Source: Camelus ferus
Lineage: Eukaryota
Length of the DNA: 64,000 bases
Direction: 5' to 3'
Assembly: GCF_009834535.1 (NCBI RefSeq)
Contig: NC_045697.1
Span: 12,154,001-12,218,000 of the forward strand
The translations under genes and the position numbers were made by a program. The notes under the pieces are model-generated. The model ran no database searches, was not told where the DNA came from, and saw only the letters and a list, made by a program, of their open reading frames with translations. This document shows, in pieces, positions 54,920-64,000 of the stretch (the first letter of the stretch is position 1; each line of letters opens with the position of its first letter).

Positions 54920-56400
54920 CTGTTCAGATCTTGGTATCTAAATGTATTTTCCAACAAGTTTCTACTGTATAGCACAGGGTACTACACTCAATATCCTGTA
55001 GTTAACCTATAATGAAAAAGAATATGAAAAGGAATATATGTATGTGTATGTGTGGCTGAAACACTGTGCTGTACACCAGAGATTGATGCAACATTCTAAG
55101 CTGACTATACTTTATTTAAATAAAAAAATGGGGGTGGGGAAAGGAACTGTAGAATAGCTTTAAAATAAATTTATTAATTAATTAATTTATTTATTTGTTT
55201 CCCACTAAAAAGAATGGAAAACTCCTTGGAAAAATAGCTGATGTCAGGGCCAGGACAGGTAAAGTACAAGATGAACCCAGAATATCTTGTTTTGGCAGGA
55301 AGGAAGTGCTCAAAAAGATCATTAGGCAGGGAGTGGTTGGGGAGACACGTGACTTGTCAAAAAACACTGGAACTAGCTCAGTGAGGCTCCCACTGGCCAA
55401 ATCTGGAACAATTTGGGAATCAAAATAATGACAGTAATGGATTTAATAACCACTGAATAAAATAAGAATCCCTGAATTCATACTGATAAAAATAACTGAA
55501 TAAATAAAAAATACATAATGGAGATGAGAAAGACTGCTTTATGACAGAATATCAACTACTAGCTATAAAATGAAGCTAGAAACATCATGAATAGATGTTA
55601 AAACTTATGAGTGAAATTTTGATGAGACTATGTAAATATCCTGGTCTTCCAAGTATTTTTCACAAATTACATATTAATTACAAAAGGATAAATAATAACT
55701 TTCAGGGAAAAATATGGAGAATACCACATTAACTAAATTTTCAAAGCTACCATTACCAAAATGGGGACAAACCAACATCATGAACCTTAAGATATGATGC
55801 ACTGAGAAGGTCAGACATCTCTTCAGAGATGTTCCTGCCAAAAATGCATAACAAATCTAATCATGAAGAAACAACAGACAAACAAACTGAGGGATATTCT
55901 ACAAAATAACTGCCCTGTACTTTTCAAAAATGTCAAGGTCAATAAATAAAAGAAAGGCTGAGGAAGTATTCCAGTAAAGAGACTAAAGAGATATGATGCC
56001 CAAATGCAATGTATGATCCTGGGCTGGGGAAAAAATAAATAATATAGACTAACAGATAAAAATCTGAATATGGATTATGAATTAGATAATAGTGCTATTA
56101 ATAGTATGTAAATGTTATATCTCCTGGTTTTAATAACTACATTGTGGTTAGGTAAGACAATGTCCTTGGTTTTTGGAAATATAACTGAATTTAGATGTAA
56201 AAATGTGTGTCTCCAGATTACCCTCAGATGGTTCAGAAAAAAAAAATAGATGGATATAAGGCAAGAATGATACAGCAAATAAAGTAAAATATAATACAAC
56301 TGGTGAATGTAGTAAGGGTATATAGAGGTTCCCTGTATTATTCCAATTTTTCTCATAATTTCAAAATTATACCAAAATTAAAAGTTAAAACAGAAACAAA
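54920..56400 (+). mobile_element. Old L1 3'UTR (L1MC-like) with a short younger L1 3' end inserted (~54953-55128)
   Basis: gttcagatcttggtatctaaat...ccactaaaaagaa; aacaagtttctactgtatagcacaggg...ctgactatactt. Confidence 0.7.
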
Positions 56401-59400
56401 ACAAAAAACTTGCCTTATTTCCCAGATCAAATATCCTAATAGACTATATAAATCCTGATAATGTTTTAAAATATATTAATTCATTCCTTTTACCCTAGAC
56501 TTTGCTTTAAATTTTATGACTTACAAGATACTAGTTATATTATGTATTGCATAAGATCCAGAACAGTATCTGTTATCACTCAATATCATGCTGAGCAGTA
56601 GGATACTATTCACTATACCCAACAAGCATTCAAACATTTGTTAGATAAGCATACTCAAAATTACAGTATAGGATGATTACAGAAAAACTGTAAAAAGCAC
56701 CACACTGTAAAGAAAGCTATTAACTGAGACACAGAGCTTATAGGACAACTCTTCAATTAAACCATAAACAAAGAAAAACCTGAAATAAATCACAGAGTAG
56801 CCACAAATCTAACCTAAAGAGATGAGTTCCACAAACAGAGAAAGGTAAACATCATTTTCCATATCAAGAGTTAAATGTCTTAGCTAGTTAATATTTAACT
56901 TTAGTACAATCAAGATTTTGCCCATAAAATTAGAATTTTTATATATGCTATTTAAAAAATGAATGAGATTAAAGATTTAGGCTAAGAACTGAGATTTGAA
57001 ACCTCACTATTGACTCAATACTGATTTGCTGTACAGCCCTGAGACGCTGCTTACAATTTCTATACCTCATTTAAAAATAAGAATTATGGATCATTTTCTT
57101 CCCCAAAGGCAGAAAGAATATTTTATAAAAAATAATTTCAAGCAGTAAGAGCATTGAGTATTCAACACATAAGTATATATATACATACATTCACACACAT
57201 ACATATATGTGAAGTAAAAATATGGCTTTTTTGCAAATATGTTTACAAAAGTAATAGCGAAAGGTAACTTAAAATAGTTACACAAAATACATTTAATCCC
57301 AATTCATACTATGAACAGATGCTTCACACATAGGATACTGAAAAAACCCAATCAACAAGTGTATATCCTGTTTAAGAGAGTTGTATCGTGTAAAAACAAC
57401 AACGACAAAAACAAAACAGGAGATGAGTCTTAATTGGGTCTCCTGCCTAGGGCTAGGAGAAACAATTCTCAAATGTAGTTAGAGCTCAGGAAAAAAATCC
57501 CCTTCAAATACCTTATAACGGTATATAACCTATGTTACGTTAAAAATGTAACATAGAAACTGCGTATTAGACGCACAGCATGAACTCAATTTTCAATGTC
57601 CTCCAATGCTACTTGCTATCCAAATAGGTAAGACAGAAACATATCGTAATTCCCTTTGTCCATCAAATCCAATTAATTTTGAATTTAATTCAAATTTGAC
57701 TATTTTTCAAAAGCACAAATATTTCTGTGAGATAAAGCCATACTTATTGTATCTAAGTAAGAAGATAAGAAAAAAAGTAAAAACCCAAAGTATTCTAAAT
57801 CATAATAATCGACAAAGACATCGTCAAATCACTGCGTGCTTCGGCAAAACTTAACACGATGACACCGTGAGCCAGTGTTACAACGCTATCATCCTGCCTG
57901 ATTCTATCTGAACGAATTCAACAATTTCCAAACAGGTTGTCAGTGGAAGAGATCTTTACATAAGCAATTATAAAAACCGGGTCCATTTTGTATTCAGGAA
58001 GCACTAACAACACTTATCCTTAAAATTTTTATATAAGGAGTACTGTGAGACTTTTCTTACACTTTTTTAAAGAGGTAAAATCACTTATGAATACTTGCCT
58101 AAAGCTATTTCCCAGAATGCTTCCTTAGATAAGACCAAAACATATTTTGTAAGGGTAAAGCAGTTCATTGATTAAGCATAACTTAAATGCCCCTAATCAG
58201 AGCAACCTTCCTTCTCATACATTTTCCAATATGCATCGTATTCTTCAGTGCACATTTCTGAGCTGAAGTTGTACTAGTTTATCCTACCAAAAGCTCCTTT
58301 TCACTAGTGAAAAACAAGGAAGATCTTCTAGGCGCTAACCAAACAAATCTGAGGGGGGTGGGAGGAGAGGGGGCGCGAGGTGGCGCAAGAACAGATGGAA
58401 ACGAGGTAAGAGAGTTGTTTTCTTAAGGCACTAAGGTTACTCCTTAACTCCAAATGCCAAGATTTAGTCGCCAGTCGAGCAAGCTGCTGCCACTATCCAC
58501 TGAGACAATGCAACCTTCCTTCCTAGTGCTTCTCCTGCTCTCCTACCCACCAACCCCTTCCAAAACACTCACAACACACCCCATCCCATGACCCGCCTGG
58601 TCCCCTCGATGCCCACTCAACCAACCTGCTGGATTAACAGCTCCACGCACACGTCTCACTCAGACAAAAAAGGCGACAGCGGCAAGGTGGGGAGGTCCCA
58701 CTACCACCCGCCACCCCCCAGCACCCCGCAGAATGACAGCCCGGAGCCCAGAAGTTTGAAGCAAAACGATTCCGACCCAACAGAAAGGGAAGACGAACTA
58801 GCAGGAGGACGGAGATGGGAGGTGGGGAGGGCGACGTGCGTGTCTGTGCAGGGAAGGGTCCATCACATGACAGTAAGAGAGGACCAGAGTCGTCGGGGCG
58901 TCCGCGAGGAGAAGGGGGGTTGCCGTCGCCATGGCAACACCCCCTCTCCGTCCAGACTTCCAAAGAGGGAGGAAGAACTTCAAATCCCAACCGTCAGCGC
59001 TCGAGCGGCTCCTTCTTAAAGGGGTACACACTGCGCCGCCGCGGCCGCCGCCGAGCGCGAGAGGGCAGAGTTGGGCGCCCCCGCCCCTCGGGCGACGCCC
59101 CCGCCGCCCCTCGCCCCCCGCGGGCCGGGCCGCAGCCCCCGCCTCGCGAGCGCCCGGGGGTCGCTCAGGTCCCGGTCGCCGAGAAGTCGGCCGCGTCGGC
59201 CGGCCCAGCCCCCGGCGGCGAGAAGGGGGTGTGTGTGTGCCCGGTGGGGGCGCGGACCAGCCCGCCTTCCTCCCGCCGGCTCTGCCCGCCGGCTCCCCTC
59301 CGCCCGGGCGCCGACCCGCCGGCCCGCTTCCTCTCTCCTGACAGGGTGGACGGAGAGCGATGAGGGGCGCCGAGGAGTTTCGGGGAGAGCGCGAGCGAGC

Positions 59401-59671
59401 CGTTTCCTCGGGGGCTCGGCGAGCGGGTCCGAACTAACAGTTCCCGGGGAGCCCAAGAGCTGAGGAGGAGCAGGAGAGCGGACCGCGCCGGGCGAGGAGC
59501 CCCCAGACAAAAGGCGAGCGCCGGAGCCGCCGCGCCGCCGCCGCTCCCATCTCGCTCCCCCATTGAACTGACCCGAACGGGAGATTCAACTAAACCCCTC
59601 AGCCACAAACTCCTCGGGCTGCGGCAGCCGTCGTCGCGCGGAGCCGGGGCCCCGGCCCGTGTCTCTCTTAC

Positions 59672-59828
59672 CTACACAGTGCATGAGGCGGTGGCGCCAA
59701 GAGTCGAGTTCCCGCCGGAATCCTCTCCTCTCCGCCGCGCACCGAGGGCTCCGGCACTGAGCGGCGGCGGCGGCGGCGGCGGCAGCAGCGGCGGCGGCAG
59801 CGGCCATTCTCTCTCTTCCCTTGTCCAT
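59672..59828 (-). CDS. LCORL: LCORL coding exon 1 (157 nt, MDKGRERM-A15[30 protein letters not shown])
   Basis: Translation matches the recalled LCORL N-terminus. ATG at 59826-59828; donor GTAG|GTAAGA with the intron starting at 59671; ends in phase 1; lies in a CpG island. Confidence 0.97.
59760..59804 (-). repeat. GCC/GCT trinucleotide repeat encoding 15 alanines
   Basis: GCC GCT (GCC)3 (GCT)2 (GCC)7 GCT read directly from the sequence. Confidence 0.95.
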
Positions 59829-61509
59829 CTGCGTCCCGCGTCACGCGCCCTCATTTACATACGAGCGGCGCAGGCACGAGGCAGGGGCGCGAGCCCTCGG
59901 CGCGAGCCCCGGAGCGCGCGCCCCCCGGAGGGGGGTTGATTGACACGTGTCACACTACCTTCCCACTGCCCTTCCCTCCCCCTCCCACCGCTCCCACAGG
60001 GAGAGGCGGGGAGCGAGCGTGAGGAGAAGGAAGCAACCTGCCGCTTCCGCTGACCCCGCCTCCCCAACTACTCCCCTCTCTCCCCTCCCCCAGGAGTTTA
60101 CTCAAGCGAGCCATACTGCTCCTGCCGCCCGCGAAAACCCTGAGCGGGAGTGAGAGGCTCGGAGCCCGGCCAGGAACCGGCGTGCTAATGGAGCGGACTA
60201 GCAACGCTTCCCTTCTGCCTTCGCGACACGACTCCGGCCGCCCGGAGACTTCACTTCCCAGGCCCCTTTGCGCGGGGGTCCCGAAGCAGAGCTTGCCGCT
60301 GCGGCGCGGTGCATGCCGGTTCTTGTAGTCCAGCAGAGATGGGCACGTTCCTAGCCTCCTTTCACACTTGGCCTTGCAGGTTGGCCTTGGACTTCTCAGC
60401 GCTGGGCGGCTTGTAGGTTTAGCCTCCAATTCTCTGTGCCCAAGATAGTGCTTTCGCTGCAGGTGTTGCGAGGTCTGACCCAGCCGCCTTAACTTCCTTG
60501 GGCTCTCCGACAGAAGGGCATTGGAAGCCGCGAGAGTTATTGGTCTCGAAGGTTCGGGCTGCGCTTCGTGCTTTAAGTGCTTTTGACGGGTCAGTGTCAT
60601 CTCGCCACTGCAGAGAAAGAGCTTGCCTGTCATTCGGCTGCTCCCAAATAACTACCAAATATCCAGAGAGAGCTCGCTCGCAGTGACTTCAGTTTCCAGG
60701 GCGATGACATCTCGGAAAGCGAGAGAATATTTGTAAAGATTAGGGAAAAGGTGCGGGGCTTTTCGCAGGAAATTGTTTATGTGGGTTTGGATGTGGCTGG
60801 GTGAAAACTCCAAAGGGGGAACTTTTATGCTCCACAAAAAGTAAACTCCTGGAGGACAGCGACCCATTGACACTTTCTGTACGTCTTTAACTTGCCTGAA
60901 CCTAGTACAGTGCGTGGCACGGGATTTAGCATTTAACAAATGTTACGGAATGAATTCCACGCTACGCTGAAGAAAATACTTCTTCAGAGAGAAAGCTTTT
61001 GATTAGATATAAACCCCATTAACATTCTTTTGCACCACAGCGGTTGTGCATGTTTCTCTGTACATGTGCAGGAGGCTGCACTGAAGCTAAGACACCCAAA
61101 GTTTGCTGAGAGGTACTGTGTATTACGGGAAATTTATGCATCAATCTATGGGAACTATGTTTTAATTCTTCTTGGAAACGCCTGTGAATTCTGAGTTCAG
61201 TTCCACCCTCCCTGTTTTATAGCTTATCTTTATCCACCTTTTTTTTTCCTTTGTAGGAGAGAGTATTCGTTCCTCATCATTATCTCTCAGTAGTCAAGAA
61301 GTAGTTTTATATTTTCACAAATTAAAAAAACAATTTGAAATCTCATAATCTTTTCTAGAATCGACACAATTGGAGAAACAAATGAAATCACTAGTGAAGG
61401 TGCTTTTGAGATTATCAGTGGATGGTTTCAGTTATGGATTCTAGTGGTATTATAATTTCCAAGTGATCAGCCTCTGCAGCTTTCCTGATCACTTTCACAG
61501 TAATCTACA

Positions 61510-63320
61510 TTGGTTAGGACGGGCTAGGTTATGGTGCAGTAACAAAAGATCCAAAAGTTTTAGTGGTTTAAAAAAACAAAAACAGAATTATTTCCTGCTC
61601 ATCAACATGTTCATCTCTGTAGGAGGAAGGGATTGGGGGAGTGGGGAGAGCTTCAATTTAGCCATTGTCACCAAGCAGCCAGATGGTTTAGGGAGGCTCC
61701 AATCAATTTCTTCCCCACATGCATGATAGGCACAAGGAAGATGAATAGCAAACAGGTTCTTTCCAAAAGTGATACAAGTCAATACCACTCACATTTCATT
61801 GACAAAAGCAAATTGTATGGGCATGCTATCTTCAAGGGAGCAGGAAGTATAATCCTGCTTTTTGCCAGAAGGAAAATTAACCCAAATTTACTGATGAACA
61901 GCACCAATGATTACTGCAATCCATCGTTCTAGTCACCAATTTACAGATCACTCTCCTTATACTATAATACATTCACTCCTAACACAAGGGAAACAGTCAA
62001 AAATTCTGTTCAGTAATGGCAGTAATCTCAAAGTTCAGCATCTCTGGATGATGCTTAGTAGTCCCTGTATTAGAACAGGAAAAAACTTTTCTCTTGTTAT
62101 GGAGACTTGAAAAGACAAAGTATCCCTGCTTACACACACACACACACACACACACGTGTGCACTGAACATACAATGGTGGGATAGGAGCAAAATAACCGT
62201 GGTAAACATTTCTGTTTAGAAAGCAGAAGAATGGGAGACATGAATGAATAGTTTTAGCAAATATTTTACCACAGCTAGCATGGATTGCCAACTTCCCAGT
62301 CTCTAACAATAGTTTCCTTGCCACCATCCACTAGTTTCTAAGTCATAGCTAGATATTTTAGGGTTCCTATCATAACTGTACCTCCTTCTGGGTACCAAAT
62401 TCTGTATTAGCCAGAATGGGCTAGGTTATATTCCAGTAATAGAAATACAAACTCTCAGAGGTTTAATACAAAGATATATTTCTTACTTAAACTATGCTCT
62501 CCAAAAATCAGTATTGGGGACGGTGGGGAGAGCTGTTCCATATCTACTCAGGACCCCAGGTTTATGGAGCCCCACCATCTGGAAGTTCCCCAGTCACCAT
62601 AACAAGACATAGGAGATGCTGAGTCATGGTCAAGGGCTTAAAGACTTCTGCCAATAGTGACATATTTCACTGTGTGAAGCAAATCATATGGCTATGCCTA
62701 ACTTCACAGGAGCAGTATATCAGAGAGCTTCAGGGGCATAACAAACCACCCCAAAACTTAAAAGCTTATCATATCAGCTATTTGTTTAGCTCATAATTCT
62801 GTGGAATGGCAATTTGTATTAGGCTCAGTGGGACAGTTCTGCTGGCCGGCCCTGGGCTCACTCAGGTGCTTGTGATTAGCTGCCTGTCAACGACACAGCT
62901 GTTTCTGAGGATGAGCTGTCAGCCGGGACAGCAGAGCCATCAGGCCAGGATGTCCCTCATCATCAGGAGACTAGCCCTGGCTTGTTCACATGGTGGCAGT
63001 CACAGGGTTCTAAGAGCAGCAAGAGAGCAAGCTTCAATGCACAAGCACTTTTGAAGTTTCCTCTTGGGTTACATTTGCTCCAGGTCCATTGCCTAAGTAA
63101 ATCATATGGCCAAGCCCAGTGTCAATATGGGGAAATAGATCCTACCTCTTAACAGGAAGAGCTGCAAGACACATTGCAAAGGAGTGTGGAAAGAGGGAAA
63201 GAAGTGATTTGTGGCCGCGTTTGCAATCTACTGCATAAGGGGAAAGTGCAGTGCTATCATGTTCCCCCAAAGAAGGGGAAATAGAAATATTAATGAACAG
63301 AACTAATGAATATCATATCA
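61510..63320 (-). mobile_element. Two-LTR, internally deleted MaLR (MLT1K/L-like): LTR ~61510-61918, internal remnant ~61919-62403, LTR ~62404-63320 interrupted by another MLT1 LTR (~62717-63236)
   Basis: Both LTRs begin gggctaggttat..cagtaa and end atgaacag.ac.aatga. An internal-region-like boundary ggtaccaaattc|tgtattag lies at ~62400. Confidence 0.65.
62132..62155. repeat. (CA)n microsatellite
   Basis: About 12 AC units. Confidence 0.9.
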
Positions 63321-63762
63321 CTAGAATTTCTGGAAGAAGGAGATCATGGTCAGATATAATGAAATACACAAATAGAGTTAACTTTGGAATTCAGCTTGAC
63401 TTTGAAGAGCAAAGACTTTTCCATGGCAAGTATCACAGAGTATAATAATCTGATTACTTGACGTTTGTGTGAGTTCAATGAACATAGAGATAGGAGTGTA
63501 GCTTATTCACCTTTGTATTCTCACCATCTAGTGCTGTTCCAGGCATTTAGTTGGTGCCTAATATTTATTGACTGATTTGACAGATATTTGGGATATATAT
63601 AAAATCAAGGATAGAAAGAGGGTCATATCCAGGATTGTCTCCTACACTGAAAATCTAGTTACTCGTAAAGGAATTTTAATATAACAACAGATATATGATA
63701 TAAAAATGTTAATGATCTTTGGAAAGATGTTTTTGTTCTATTGTCTGTTTCCTATACATATT

Positions 63763-64000
63763 GTATCATTGATTTATTGCTGTGTAACAAGTCAATCCAT
63801 AACTTAGTAACTTAAAAGAACAACCATTTGTTATTGCTCAAAATTCTACATATCAAATGGGCAGTTCTGTTTATCTGGTGAGGCCCTGCTGATCTTGGCT
63901 GGGACTGCTAATGCTAGAAGCTGCTTGATCTAGGATGGCCTCACTCTGGTCTGGAGTTTGGCTCCCTGTTTGCTAGAATAATGGGAAGGGCCAAGCCATG
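63763..64000 (-). mobile_element. MLT1-type LTR fragment (runs off the window)
   Basis: tgtatcattgatttattgctgtgtaacaa...aacttagtaacttaaaa. Confidence 0.7.

Larger units (their letters stand above)
58850..60750. promoter_or_regulatory. CpG island / LCORL promoter region
   Basis: Very GC- and CpG-rich block in otherwise CpG-depleted, AT-rich DNA, spanning exon 1. GC-box (ccccgcctcc, ~60054) and ETS-like (gcttccgc, ~60043) motifs lie upstream of the ATG. Confidence 0.93.

Noticed and set aside
58588..60686. Many overlapping 100-227 aa ORFs on both strands
   Set aside because: Expected from stop-codon scarcity in a GC-rich CpG island. The translations are low-complexity Pro/Arg/Gly/Ala; only LCORL exon 1 is recognisable.

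Overview
Mammalian genomic DNA. It is very probably camelid, because it carries three vic-1-like tRNA-derived SINEs. The window holds the 5' part of LCORL on the minus strand: a CpG-island promoter and coding exon 1 (59672-59828), then exons 2-4 (17061-17126, 8267-8346, 7253-7382). All splice junctions are GT-AG and splice into a continuous frame (MDKGRERM-A15-QCRSPRC...[11 protein letters not shown]). The gene continues beyond position 1. The rest is AT-rich intron and upstream DNA dominated by transposon relics: L1 of several ages, L2, MIR, a near full-length Tigger1, MER elements and MaLR LTRs. Repeat subfamily names come from recalled consensus sequences and their boundaries are approximate. 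I see no wholly new biological system. The most interesting signals concern post-transcriptional control of LCORL: a 47-nt frameshifting cassette exon, a second candidate stop-containing exon, and an ATG-TAA-ATG leader whose overlapping uORF stops exactly at the exon 1 donor. There is also a twin-primed L1 that carries a non-L1 3' segment.
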